Source: a virus. Taken from it: a stretch of DNA of 53,348 nucleotides. Location: the IMG/VR virus record IMGVR_UViG_3300011440_000005, positions 1 to 53,348 of that record; one strand, given 5' to 3'. This document shows, piece after piece, positions 36,529 to 45,181 of this stretch; position 1 is the stretch's first letter; each line of letters begins with the position of its first letter. The notes beneath the pieces are model-generated. The model did not search any database, had not been told where the DNA came from, and worked only from the letters and a program-made list of their open reading frames with translations. A program made the translations under genes and the position numbers.

Positions 36529-37697
36529 CCGACCAGCTTCTCCGTTGTAGGGTTCCAACGAACCAGGTTGACTTGGAAGTCGTCACCCCTGTGGGTGACG
36601 TAAGCGAAGCCGGGTTGCCAGTCGGGGTTCTTCGCATAACCCAGGCCGTAAGGATCAGAGAGGACACCGGTCTCGACACCCGTATAGACGATCAACTCGG
36701 GGCGATCTTTGGGCCGTGGCACCCACCGACTCAGATGAGTGAGAGCCAGACGATGGGTGTGACCCATGGCGACCGAAGCGTTGACCCGTTCTATCTCCGC
36801 CCGGACTGAAGCTCCAGCGCCGGTCCTAACCTTGTCACCGTGGGTGGCGTAGAAGCCGGGGGCGATGTCCACCTCGGGGTACGGGTAGTCACCGAGAGGG
36901 CTGTTCGCATACTCGATCCCCAGGCCGTCGAACCTGAGCAGGTTCGAGATGGACAGCAAACGGGGAGCGTTCAAAGGCAAGCCGCCTTGCCTCAGGTTGA
37001 ATAGCTCGGGAGCAATACGAAGCAGGTACTCCTGTAAGCGGTGGTCGTGGTTCCCCGGGAGATAAGTCATGGGTGGGTACCCCGCAGCCTCCAGGCGCTC
37101 CACCAGCACCCGGTACATGACGTCGACACCCTGCTGGAGGGTCGCCATCCACTCGGGATGCTTCGGTGTGTACTTGGAGACCGAGTCGAAGTCACACCCG
37201 TCGCCCATGTAAATGATCCGGTCGGGCTGGGTGTCTTTCAGCCAGGCGAGCAGCGCCTCGTGGAGTCGCCAGTTGACGAACGGAGCCTGGTCGTCACCGA
37301 TAAGGACAGTGATGCCGCCAGTACGGTCCCAGGCTTTGTTGGGGGCGCTCCTGGTGCCAGTTCTTTGGCGTGCTGGCATCCCGCCGATCAGTGTCTCAAA
37401 GCGGCCCCAGGCTGTGTCCTCGGGGGGAACCACAGGCACGAGGTGAGCTTTGGTCTGATGAAGCATGGTGGGAGCCTCATCACCGTTGGGAGCCTGCCAC
37501 TGGTTGACCGTGAGAGACACGACCTGCCACTCTGCGGGGTCGTAGCCTCGCTCCAGGAGCATGAGGCCAACGGTACGAAGGTCGTCATCCTCGGTCGCTT
37601 CCCCTTCGACGGGGGGCATGGTAACGCTGACGTTTAAACCGTCCACTTTGACCGCTGGTTTCAGGGGTTTCGTATCCGAAGGTGGTCGCCTCACCAC
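36525..37697 (-). CDS. Calcineurin-like metallophosphoesterase
   Basis: VLIGDDQAP, YMGDGCDF, LPGNHDHR, ATHGDK, MGHTHR motifs in the canonical order. Confidence 0.85.
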   Translation of the reverse strand: MVRRPPSDTKPLKPAVKVDGLNVSVTMPPVEGEATEDDDLRTVGLMLLERGYDPAEWQVVSLTVNQWQAPNGDEAPTMLHQTKAHLVPVVPPEDTAWGRFETLIGGMPARQRTGTRSAPNKAWDRTGGITVLIGDDQAPFVNWRLHEALLAWLKDTQPDRIIYMGDGCDFDSVSKYTPKHPEWMATLQQGVDVMYRVLVERLEAAGYPPMTYLPGNHDHRLQEYLLRIAPELFNLRQGGLPLNAPRLLSISNLLRFDGLGIEYANSPLGDYPYPEVDIAPGFYATHGDKVRTGAGASVRAEIERVNASVAMGHTHRLALTHLSRWVPRPKDRPELIVYTGVETGVLSDPYGLGYAKNPDWQPGFAYVTHRGDDFQVNLVRWNPTTEKLVG

Positions 37698-37825
37698 GAT
37701 TTCGCCTCCAGGTCCGTGAGTAGGTTTCGTACTTGCCGTAGTAGCTCTTCGATTGTGGCCTGTAGCTCAAAGATTGTCTCCCGCTGCTGCTCCAGTACTT
37801 CCTTGTACTCAGAGAGGAAACTCAT
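37691..37825 (-). CDS. 44-aa coiled-coil micro-protein
   Basis: MSFLSEYKEVLEQQRETIFELQATIEELLRQV...; ATGA overlap with the upstream stop. Confidence 0.4.
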   Translation of the reverse strand: MSFLSEYKEVLEQQRETIFELQATIEELLRQVRNLLTDLEAKSW

Positions 37826-38085
37826 CGAGGTACTCGGTACGTTTCCCACGCTTCTCGCATCCAATAGGGATCGGGGCCGTAGTTGCTGTCGAACTTGGAG
37901 ATGAACCAGGTGAGATGCTGGAACCTGGTTGTGGTGTCGGCTGCCGCCCACTGCAACAGGAAGTTGGTGCGCTCTTCAAGTGACGCTTGCATTTCCCTGG
38001 AGTCCGGGGGGAATGGGGGGAGCAGCCAGCCTTTGGAGGTGAAACCTTCAGGTGTGTCAATGAGTAGGTTGAGTGCGTATCTCAT
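37822..38085 (-). CDS. Hypothetical protein
   Basis: MRYALNLLIDTPEG...; ATG 38085 in ATGA overlap with the upstream stop. Confidence 0.55.
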   Translation of the reverse strand: MRYALNLLIDTPEGFTSKGWLLPPFPPDSREMQASLEERTNFLLQWAAADTTTRFQHLTWFISKFDSNYGPDPYWMREAWETYRVPR

Positions 38086-38246
38086 CCGCTGACCTTGAAC
38101 CCCGCCAACAGAATCTCGACCAGTTGCGCCAATCGAGCTTCGATGGCAAGCAGAGCATGGGTCTGGCCCACCTGCATCCCAGGCCAATTCAACGCTTCTT
38201 GCCGGGAGTTCGCTACCAGTGCGTCAAGACGGTCAATTTCGCTCAT
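38082..38246 (-). CDS. 54-aa hypothetical protein
   Basis: MSEIDRLDALV...; AAAGGA RBS; the N-terminal extension in the track looks non-coding. Confidence 0.45.
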   Translation of the reverse strand: MSEIDRLDALVANSRQEALNWPGMQVGQTHALLAIEARLAQLVEILLAGFKVSG

Positions 38247-38256
38247 CGTGATCCTT

Positions 38257-38628
38257 TCACCACAACAATTCTCCAGGGTGCTTGGGGCATTCATAGTCGA
38301 GGGTGTCCTGGTCTTTCTGCCAAGACTTGAGTAGTTCCAATGCGAAAGGTTCGGGGAAGCACCAAGCAACATGAAGAGGGCGTCCTGCTGGTCGCTTGCC
38401 ATAAACAAAAGCCCACCGTTGACCGTGGAGGGCGAACATCAACTGGAGTCGGATAGCTGGGAAAGTCTCCCGGTACTTGGCCTCGACCGGGAACGGACAA
38501 CCCGCTATGTCCCAGCTTGGCTCGTTGTCCTTACGCCGATGGGTGGTGGGCCAGAGCGGCAGGAGCTTCCCTACCACTCGCCGCTCAAACCAAGAACCGA
38601 GTGCCTTGCTCTTGTTCATGTTGACCAC
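38257..38628 (-). CDS. PD-(D/E)xK nuclease, Holliday-junction-resolvase-like
   Basis: GSWFERRVV..L ... DIAGCPFPVEAKY resembles the Hjc-type G..FE..V ... D ... E.K pattern; start may be ATG 38619. Confidence 0.55.
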   Translation of the reverse strand: MVNMNKSKALGSWFERRVVGKLLPLWPTTHRRKDNEPSWDIAGCPFPVEAKYRETFPAIRLQLMFALHGQRWAFVYGKRPAGRPLHVAWCFPEPFALELLKSWQKDQDTLDYECPKHPGELLW

Positions 38629-38652
38629 TCTAGTAGACTCGGTGTCACCAAG

Positions 38653-39009
38653 TCAAGCGCTCCGACGTTGAGCCTTGTAGTGGTCGAGCCACAGATACTG
38701 CTCCCGATCCGTGGCCGACATGCCACCCCACACGCCCGTGGTGACCCGGTTGATGATCGCCCACTCCCCGCAGGGGATGATGGCGGGGCACTCCTGGCAG
38801 ACCTCTTTAGCTGTCTGCGTGAGCCTTCGGGACACACCACCCGTCTTCGGGAAGAACACATCCTCCTGCCCAAGGCAGGGAGCGTTCGGGTTGCCGTCTT
38901 CCCCTTTGGTTAGACGTCGCACTTCCCTGATTAGGTCTTCCCGGTGGAATGGGATTGGCTCCATCTCGTCTATGGAGCCTCGGGGCCTACCTCGTCCACG
39001 TTCGGTCAT
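38653..39009 (-). CDS. whiB: WhiB-family transcription factor
   Basis: C-x21-CQEC-x5-C cysteines plus GVWGG turn; start in ATGA overlap with the primase stop. Confidence 0.85.
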   Translation of the reverse strand: MTERGRGRPRGSIDEMEPIPFHREDLIREVRRLTKGEDGNPNAPCLGQEDVFFPKTGGVSRRLTQTAKEVCQECPAIIPCGEWAIINRVTTGVWGGMSATDREQYLWLDHYKAQRRSA

Positions 39010-39890
39010 AGTCTCCATCCTTCCATTACTGATTCTGCAAACCGTCCGGTGGGTGGGACTTTGGCGACAGCGAAAGCACCAGGGGTTACGATCTTCCACA
39101 CTTTGACCGCTGCGTTACGACCGGCCTCGTCGTCGTCGAAAAAGATGACAACATCCCGGTACTTGAAGTCTTTGAACCAGTCTTCGTGAATGACGTTGGC
39201 ACCGGAGGGGAGAGCAGCTACGTCGTAGCGGTCACCGAAATGCTTCCATGCCACCCAAGCATCCGACTCCCCCTCAACCAGGAGTAACTTGTTGTTGCCA
39301 CACACACCCATGGGCCAGTAAAGGCCGTAGGTGAACTTGGAACCTGTGACGGCGCTCTTGTTGCCAGTGTTAAGGTGTCGCCGCTTGATGCCACGCACAA
39401 CGAGCAACGTGGGGTCAAAGTGGGCCGTGTACAGGTAAAGGGGGCCAAGCTTGTTGGTGGGGAACTCAAGCACCTCGTCTGCTGTGAGGCCCCACTTCTC
39501 CGGTGCCCAAGTCTCAAGAAGACGACGGTCAATGTCTTCAGGCTCGGGGATGTCCCGCCAGTACTGGGTAAGGTCGGGCGGTGGAGGCGGCTTGTCAGGC
39601 TCCCGCTTTACTGGAGCTAACCCGATGCCACTGGCGAGGAACTGGACAGCTTCGGGGAAGCGAACGTTTAAATACTCCATGACGAACCTGATCTGGTCGC
39701 CACCCTTACCGGTCGAGTAGTCGAACCAATCATGCCGGTAGAGGTGGAGTGACGGGTCAGTGTCGGCAGACCAAGGGCTGCGGAGCTTCCGGTTGCGAGG
39801 CACCTGAGCGGCGAGGCCGACCGCTGCGACCACGTCATCCATGGTCACGTTGTCCTTGATGGTCTTGATGAGAGTCGGGTCGAACTTCAT
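39006..39890 (-). CDS. DNA primase (Toprim domain, degenerate zinc-finger region)
   Basis: LLLVEGESDAWV ... VVIFFDDDEAGRNAA are Toprim motifs; the N-terminus resembles the DnaG Zn-binding region without its cysteines. Confidence 0.8.
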   Translation of the reverse strand: MKFDPTLIKTIKDNVTMDDVVAAVGLAAQVPRNRKLRSPWSADTDPSLHLYRHDWFDYSTGKGGDQIRFVMEYLNVRFPEAVQFLASGIGLAPVKREPDKPPPPPDLTQYWRDIPEPEDIDRRLLETWAPEKWGLTADEVLEFPTNKLGPLYLYTAHFDPTLLVVRGIKRRHLNTGNKSAVTGSKFTYGLYWPMGVCGNNKLLLVEGESDAWVAWKHFGDRYDVAALPSGANVIHEDWFKDFKYRDVVIFFDDDEAGRNAAVKVWKIVTPGAFAVAKVPPTGRFAESVMEGWRL

Positions 39891-40093
39891 AGGCTCTTCA
39901 CCGCCTTATCGAACTTCTCCATCACCATGGATAGGTCAGTGCCTGTGAAGACGGCCCACCCTTGCTCGGCGTCAAAGATGGCTTGGTTGTAGTCTCGACG
40001 CCGTTGATCAGTGGTCTCGCTGTCTTCGGTGAGCAAGCGGACGAACTCGGCTCGCAACTCCTGAACCAACGGGTCCATTGCTGCGTGTCTCAC
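39887..40093 (-). CDS. Hypothetical protein
   Basis: GTG 40093 with GGAGG 7 nt upstream and GTGA overlap with the upstream stop. Confidence 0.5.
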   Translation of the reverse strand: MRHAAMDPLVQELRAEFVRLLTEDSETTDQRRRDYNQAIFDAEQGWAVFTGTDLSMVMEKFDKAVKSL

Positions 40094-40329
40094 AGCGTGC
40101 CCTCCATAACCCTGTACTCGGCCCACTCCTGGGCGCTGGCGAAGTCGTCGAACAGTGGCCCCTCGTCGATGTTCTTCACACCAGGGCGGTAGAGCATGTC
40201 GAACTCGCCGGTCTCGTCGGGGATGAGAGCGACGATGGCTAGCTCCCCTTCAAACTCAGCTTCAAAGTCCCAGTCGCAGGACTCACATTCCACAGCCACC
40301 CAATCGAGGGCGTAGGGGTAGTCGCTCAC
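40090..40329 (-). CDS. Hypothetical acidic protein
   Basis: GTGA overlap with the helicase stop; AGGAGG 6 nt upstream. Confidence 0.55.
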   Translation of the reverse strand: MSDYPYALDWVAVECESCDWDFEAEFEGELAIVALIPDETGEFDMLYRPGVKNIDEGPLFDDFASAQEWAEYRVMEGTL

Positions 40330-41195
40330 CACATGCCTCCTGTATTGCGACGTATGTCACTCATACGCCAAGTGTCAGGGTCCAAGTACAACTGGGTGCC
40401 CTCAAAGGGTCCGGGTGGACCGTTACGGTTCTTCAAGATTTGGAACTTCATCTGGTTACGCATCATGTAGCGTGTTTCCTCGGTGATGTTTGGACTCATA
40501 GCGGGGCGATAGAGACCGATCTGATAGTCGACTGCCATCTCCCCACCGAAGCGAGCGTCCGTCTTCGTGAGCGGACGGTGACCTTGGTTCATGGAGCCTT
40601 TATCAAACTCACCACGCTTCACCTGATGCACCACGAGGACAGCGGTGTCAGTCATGCGAGCAAACTCTTTGACGTTCCAGGCAAGCTGGTCGACTATCTC
40701 CATGCGACCCATACCGAAGCTCTTTATCAATTCCAGGTAGTCGATCACGACCAGCTTGGGTCGGGGATCGAGAGCTTCGACCTCTTCCATCATCTCGGGG
40801 ATGGTCTTAGCTTGCGAGTCATCTATCCAAAGGTGGGGCATTTCCCGCACCGTCTTACGGATAGCTTCGGAACCTCCGGTCTCCATTACTTCCTTCTGTA
40901 CTTCGGAAGCTGGGGTGTTCGTATAAACGGCAGCTAGGCGCTCAAGCACATAGCGACCAGCCATCTCGATGGAGAAGAACACACACGGGGTGGACGGGTT
41001 GTTCACCATGACGTTGACGGCGAACCAGGTCTTACCCACTTCGGTGCGTGCCATCACCATGGCAACCTCGCCGTTGGCGATGCCACCATTGGTGCGACTG
41101 TCGAAGCAGTCGTAGCCGAGGGGAACTCTCGGGTGGTCCTGTGAGGCCCATTCTTCAAGTTCCCCTGCGACGACATGGAGAGTCTTAGCTCCCAC
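40326..41195 (-). CDS. DnaB-like / RecA-fold replicative helicase (C-terminal domain only)
   Basis: Walker A MARTEVGKTW, Walker B LVVIDYLELI, ...VVHQVKR. Confidence 0.8.
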   Translation of the reverse strand: MGAKTLHVVAGELEEWASQDHPRVPLGYDCFDSRTNGGIANGEVAMVMARTEVGKTWFAVNVMVNNPSTPCVFFSIEMAGRYVLERLAAVYTNTPASEVQKEVMETGGSEAIRKTVREMPHLWIDDSQAKTIPEMMEEVEALDPRPKLVVIDYLELIKSFGMGRMEIVDQLAWNVKEFARMTDTAVLVVHQVKRGEFDKGSMNQGHRPLTKTDARFGGEMAVDYQIGLYRPAMSPNITEETRYMMRNQMKFQILKNRNGPPGPFEGTQLYLDPDTWRMSDIRRNTGGMW

Positions 41196-41198
41196 TGC

Positions 41199-41738
41199 CT
41201 AGAAGGGTTCGCCGCTGGCCTCAGCGAGCAGACCGATCTTGCCAAGCTCGTTGAAGACCCACTCGGGGGCATCGCCGTAGCTGCCCTTCAGGAAGAGACT
41301 GAGGGGCCAGTCTTTGCCGTCCTTCGGGTTGCGCTTGGTGATGCGCTTGTGCTTGAAGTCGGGGCGGTTGCCACCGACCAGCGAGGTGCCCTCTTGGCCG
41401 ATGTTGTTGTACCAGTCCCTGAAGCCTTCGCCAGCGTCCCGGATCAGGTCACCCCACAACTCTTCCGTGGTCGACTGAGCGTCAACGGGTCGAGCCGAGG
41501 GGTTGGTGGGCTGCGGCAGGGCCTGGCCGTTGGACGCCTGCACGGGCTGTTGTACGGCCTGGATGACCTGCTTCAGCGAAAACGGGTTGGTCAACCAGGC
41601 GTAGAACACCTCGGCGTCGAGGATGACAGCGTCGTTGGCTGAGACACCGTTGGTGTCCACGGCAGCCTTGAGCGCCACCTGGCGCATGATCGAGAGGTCT
41701 CTGGCCTCGATGGATACGGGCGTGGAGTCTGACTCCAT
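41199..41738 (-). CDS. Hypothetical replication-module protein
   Basis: 179-aa ORF between the nuclease and the helicase; no motif recognised. Confidence 0.7.
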   Translation of the reverse strand: MESDSTPVSIEARDLSIMRQVALKAAVDTNGVSANDAVILDAEVFYAWLTNPFSLKQVIQAVQQPVQASNGQALPQPTNPSARPVDAQSTTEELWGDLIRDAGEGFRDWYNNIGQEGTSLVGGNRPDFKHKRITKRNPKDGKDWPLSLFLKGSYGDAPEWVFNELGKIGLLAEASGEPF

Positions 41739-41794
41739 GGGTGCTACCTCCTGTAGCTTGGGTTGCCCACTCTAGTGGACTGGTCGGACACTAG

Positions 41795-42601
41795 TCAACT
41801 GGCGTTGAGAGTCTGGCCGTAAGGACATTCTTGGTAGAAGTCGCAGTAGGTCTCTGAGCAGAGGTTGCTGGACGGGTTGGGCAGGAACGGCCCGTTACGT
41901 TCGATCAGGTCGGCCACCTGGATGGCCCTGACCTTGGTGAGAGCGATCTGAGGTTCAGTGCGGTGAGCGGGGATGCGGTCGAACCGGCCAGCGTGGGTCA
42001 TCACGTCGTAGACGAAGCTCACCTCATGCGTGCCGAGTATCTCCCGGTAGACGTCGAGGTACCAGGCAGCCTGGCTGGAGGCAGCAGCCGTGGATTTCTT
42101 CGCTGACCAGCGCTTGGTGCTGGTCTTGTGGTCCACGAGGTAGTACCAGCCGGTGTTTAGGTTCTGGAGCAGCAGGTCGATGGTGCCGTGACGCTTCCAC
42201 CCTTCGATCCAGTCGAGCGTGAAGGGTTGTTCCACAGCAACGACCCGGTACTCGTCGGGCCACTGGCACCCTTGGTCGAGGTACGCCAAGAGCATGCTTT
42301 CGATTAGCTCCTGAACCTCCCCGTAGGTCCAGATACGGTCGTTGACTTTCCAGTTGAACTGGTCAGTCCAGCGGAGGGTCTCGACGAAGCTCGCTGCTCC
42401 AGCAGCAAGGACATCTTCCTTGATGTACGCCAGACCGTTTAAACGACAGGTGTAGAGGTGGTCGAGTCCAGCGTGGTAGCCGGTGCCGAGGGCACGGCTC
42501 ACTCCCCCACGGTTCGGGCGATCAGGGTCGAGCGTGAACTCCAGTCGGGTCTGGCATATGTCGGCTGTGTTCAGCAGCGACTGGCGCATCAGCCGGGTCA
42601 T
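41795..42601 (-). CDS. Cas4/RecB-family PD-(D/E)xK exonuclease with Cys cluster
   Basis: N-terminal C (DICQ), D...VDHKT core, C-terminal C-x3-C-x5-C (CSETYCDFYQEC). Confidence 0.8.
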   Translation of the reverse strand: MTRLMRQSLLNTADICQTRLEFTLDPDRPNRGGVSRALGTGYHAGLDHLYTCRLNGLAYIKEDVLAAGAASFVETLRWTDQFNWKVNDRIWTYGEVQELIESMLLAYLDQGCQWPDEYRVVAVEQPFTLDWIEGWKRHGTIDLLLQNLNTGWYYLVDHKTSTKRWSAKKSTAAASSQAAWYLDVYREILGTHEVSFVYDVMTHAGRFDRIPAHRTEPQIALTKVRAIQVADLIERNGPFLPNPSSNLCSETYCDFYQECPYGQTLNAS

Positions 42602-42747
42602 GGCTGCACCTCAACCCTCTTGCCACACCGACACCAGGCAAGGTTCATGACCCGCCCGTAGTCTTCGATGTTGAGCCAACGGACCATCTGGTGGCCGGAC
42701 AGGGCGCAGGTCAGGAAAGCTTTCGCCAGCCACCACCAGCGCCTCAC
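42598..42747 (-). CDS. 49-aa micro-protein
   Basis: Not in the track; GTGA overlap upstream and ATGA overlap downstream. Confidence 0.4.
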   Translation of the reverse strand: MRRWWWLAKAFLTCALSGHQMVRWLNIEDYGRVMNLAWCRCGKRVEVQP

Positions 42748-43034
42748 CGGCCTACCGCCTCCCGCACCTGGTCGTAGGTGACGTGCATGCGGCGGGATAT
42801 CGACGCCATTGACTCGCCTGCGTCGTAGGCTGTGCGGATACGGGTGGCCTGGGACACCGTTAGCTCAGGCGTCCAAGTCCGGTTGGGTCGCAAGCCCGCC
42901 CGCTTTAGGTAGTAGTAAACGAGAGGACGTGATATATGCCCGTCGAGAGCTTGGTGAATCTCCCCGGGGGTCATGCCTTGGGCATGCAGAACAAGAACTT
43001 CGTCGATCATGGATTCGTCAACCTTCCTGGTCAT
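42744..43034 (-). CDS. HTH DNA-binding protein (leftward arm of the divergent switch)
   Basis: MTPGEIHQALDGHISRPLVYYYLKRAG and SMASISRRMHVTYDQVREAV HTH-like segments; candidate leaderless start. Confidence 0.75.
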   Translation of the reverse strand: MTRKVDESMIDEVLVLHAQGMTPGEIHQALDGHISRPLVYYYLKRAGLRPNRTWTPELTVSQATRIRTAYDAGESMASISRRMHVTYDQVREAVGR

Positions 43035-43040
43035 GTGGAC

Positions 43041-43070
43041 ACTCTACCCGACCACTGTGACATTGGTCAA
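43041..43070 (-). promoter_or_regulatory. Candidate promoter TTGACC-N18-TAGAGT ending 6 nt before the ATG (leaderless-type)
   Basis: Reverse complement reads ttgacc aatgtcacagtggtcggg tagagt gtccac ATG. Confidence 0.35.
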
Positions 43071-43124
43071 GGGTATTGGATTTCGGTCGGGCGACCGAGC
43101 TTGGTGACGGCTTCGACCCGGGAG

Positions 43125-43153
43125 TTGACAAACTTAAGTAGACAGTTCAGAAT
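43125..43153 (+). promoter_or_regulatory. Candidate promoter TTGACA-N17-CAGAAT for the rightward HTH gene
   Basis: ttgacaaacttaagtagacagttcagaat read directly. Confidence 0.35.
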
Positions 43154-43231
43154 GGGGCTAACGGCCCTAGGGGCGGGACTCTGGTCTCGTGGTCGCCAGG
43201 GGGAACAACCTGGAGACAACGGAGAGATGAA

Positions 43232-43519
43232 GTGACTAGAGAGCAGGAAATAATCGAGGCTTACGAGGCCCACGAGGGCACCGTCGATGCACTCGTCGAC
43301 CAATTGGGGATCAGCAAACAACGGCTGTACCAGGTGCTTGCCAAGCATGGGATCGCACCTCGGACCCGGAGGCCCGACATCAACGGGAGACTCCCGGGCA
43401 ACATGGACGACGCCCTGGGCAAGATGATGGCTGACAACGCTCTGGCGTTCCTGGTCAACCAGTTGACTGAAGCGAGGATGGAGCTAGCCGAGTACCGAGA
43501 GAAGTACGGTCCGCTTTAG
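43232..43519 (+). CDS. HTH DNA-binding protein (rightward arm of the divergent switch)
   Basis: GTG start after a GGAGAG RBS; VDALVDQLGISKQRLYQVLAKHG HTH; the only + gene within the leftward block. Confidence 0.7.
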   Translation: MTREQEIIEAYEAHEGTVDALVDQLGISKQRLYQVLAKHGIAPRTRRPDINGRLPGNMDDALGKMMADNALAFLVNQLTEARMELAEYREKYGPL

Positions 43520-43791
43520 TCCTCGTCCTCGTCGAACTCAATCTCGGTTTCGCCAGGCGACATCGCTGTCATGCGATCCAGTGCCCACTGGAGCATCCCC
43601 ACGAAGCGCCACCTCGGCAGGTTCTGGCTGTGCAGGTAGCCGAGGTTGTAGTCGCCTTCGGAGTCGATCAACTCGTAGACCATGAACGCCCCTGTAGACA
43701 TGGTGCCTTCGGGACCGGCGATCAGGCCAGCCTGAGAAGCAAGCTGTTCTAGCTGGTCAGTGGCAGCGTTCACACGGTCACCGAGGCTCAT
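43516..43791 (-). CDS. Hypothetical acidic protein
   Basis: ATG 43791 in ATGA overlap with the upstream micro-ORF; C-terminal EIEFDEDED. Confidence 0.6.
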   Translation of the reverse strand: MSLGDRVNAATDQLEQLASQAGLIAGPEGTMSTGAFMVYELIDSEGDYNLGYLHSQNLPRWRFVGMLQWALDRMTAMSPGETEIEFDEDED

Positions 43792-43856
43792 ATCAGCCTC
43801 GTCAGAACAATCACCAGGATGATGACCACAACGACGACAAGGACTAAGCCGATCAT
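43788..43856 (-). CDS. 22-aa hydrophobic peptide (MIGLVLVVVVVIILVIVLTRLI)
   Basis: Not in the track; ATGA overlaps with both the amidase stop and the next start. Confidence 0.35.
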   Translation of the reverse strand: MIGLVLVVVVVIILVIVLTRLI

Positions 43857-44644
43857 GGCGCAACATCTCCCGTCTTGGTGCCCTTGTGCTTGTGCGGTGG
43901 GACGGCTCCCCCAGCGCCCCCAGGGTTAGCCCAGTTGGGTCCAAGAGCATGGATGCCCTTGCCCAGGTCGACGGCGTAGGTCTGGAGCGCCTGGTCGAGG
44001 AACACGACCTTCTCAGCCTCCGTACCTGTGCCTGTGGGTATCTTCTTACTGAGGCGGTTGACCACGTTGAGGATCATCGCCACTTGTTCGTCTGTGAATT
44101 GAGCCATGTCGTCGTCGCTCCAATCGACTGCCCTTAGCCAGTCATAGATAGGGTTGCCAGGGCAGTCGCCCCGCAGGTCGTCGTAGTCGTCATCGAAGTC
44201 ACGCCAGTCACGGTGCCCTCGTACTTGGCCTGGTGCCAAGCTCCACAGTGCCATGGCAGCGTTCTTCATGGCTGTGGTCGGGACGTCGGCGTACAGGAAG
44301 AGAACGGCACGAGTGGTCGAGGTCTTGTTCTTGGTGGCGTTGCCTCGTGTCTCCCCCACGCACCCGTACACGGTGCCATTGCGGTCAATGGCGTAGTTAT
44401 AAGCGAAAGAGTCCCATCCGAGTGTGCTGATGTGATAGCTCTCGATGTTGCGTATCCACAACTTGGGGTCGACGGTGTCAGTGTCGGAGCTACCTCCCGG
44501 CCAGTGAAAGACCCAGCCGTCCGAGGTGTCCCATGGAGCCTGTGTGAACTGCTCCAAGGTGATCCCCGTACCAGTGAGGGAACCGTGACGGCTCCCCCAC
44601 TGTGTGGGTGTGACCAAACCGGGGTACGGGAGGTAGCGGCCCAT
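43853..44644 (-). CDS. N-acetylmuramoyl-L-alanine amidase (PGRP / Amidase_2-type endolysin)
   Basis: ...YHISTLGWDSFAYNYAIDRNGTVYGCVGETRGNAT... and GHRDW...CPGNPIY. Confidence 0.85.
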   Translation of the reverse strand: MGRYLPYPGLVTPTQWGSRHGSLTGTGITLEQFTQAPWDTSDGWVFHWPGGSSDTDTVDPKLWIRNIESYHISTLGWDSFAYNYAIDRNGTVYGCVGETRGNATKNKTSTTRAVLFLYADVPTTAMKNAAMALWSLAPGQVRGHRDWRDFDDDYDDLRGDCPGNPIYDWLRAVDWSDDDMAQFTDEQVAMILNVVNRLSKKIPTGTGTEAEKVVFLDQALQTYAVDLGKGIHALGPNWANPGGAGGAVPPHKHKGTKTGDVAP

Positions 44645-44645
44645 C

Positions 44646-45173
44646 TTAGTAAGGGATCGGCGTCCACCAGTTGGGGTCAAACACGTTGGCGCATGAGTAA
44701 GCGAGGCGCACTCGGAAGTTGCCTGCCGATGACACTTGCAATTTCACTTGAGCGTGTCCACCGTCGAATAGCCCTGGGTTGGTGTTGTGGCTGACGGTGA
44801 TCCCAACGTCATGGCTCGATGACCAATTCTGCGTGAGGGTGCGGTTGCCAGTGTCGGTAACCGGCCCGTACTCGGTCTCCCCGCCGTTGTCAATAACCAT
44901 CCACGCTTTGCCTTCGTCGTAGATGGCCTGACCGGGAGCGCTGTCTGCTTCACGAGCGCCTATGGCGAGATAGCGTGATTCGGTGGCCTGGTCACAGACC
45001 CATCCAAGGTTGTTGGGCGAATCCATAACGATGACCCGTTCACCGGCTGCTTTGAAGACGGTCTTGAACTGATCCTCCGAGGGGTCAGCGAGGGCTGGTG
45101 CGGCTGTAGCCGCAAGGAATACGGATGCGGTCAGGACGCCTAATGCGAGCTTCCGCTTGAGAGGGGTCTTCAT
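44646..45173 (-). CDS. Secreted beta-rich protein of unknown function
   Basis: Signal peptide MKTPLKRKLALGVLTASVFLAATAAPALA/DP; two Cys. Confidence 0.75.
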   Translation of the reverse strand: MKTPLKRKLALGVLTASVFLAATAAPALADPSEDQFKTVFKAAGERVIVMDSPNNLGWVCDQATESRYLAIGAREADSAPGQAIYDEGKAWMVIDNGGETEYGPVTDTGNRTLTQNWSSSHDVGITVSHNTNPGLFDGGHAQVKLQVSSAGNFRVRLAYSCANVFDPNWWTPIPY

Positions 45174-45181
45174 ACCTACCG

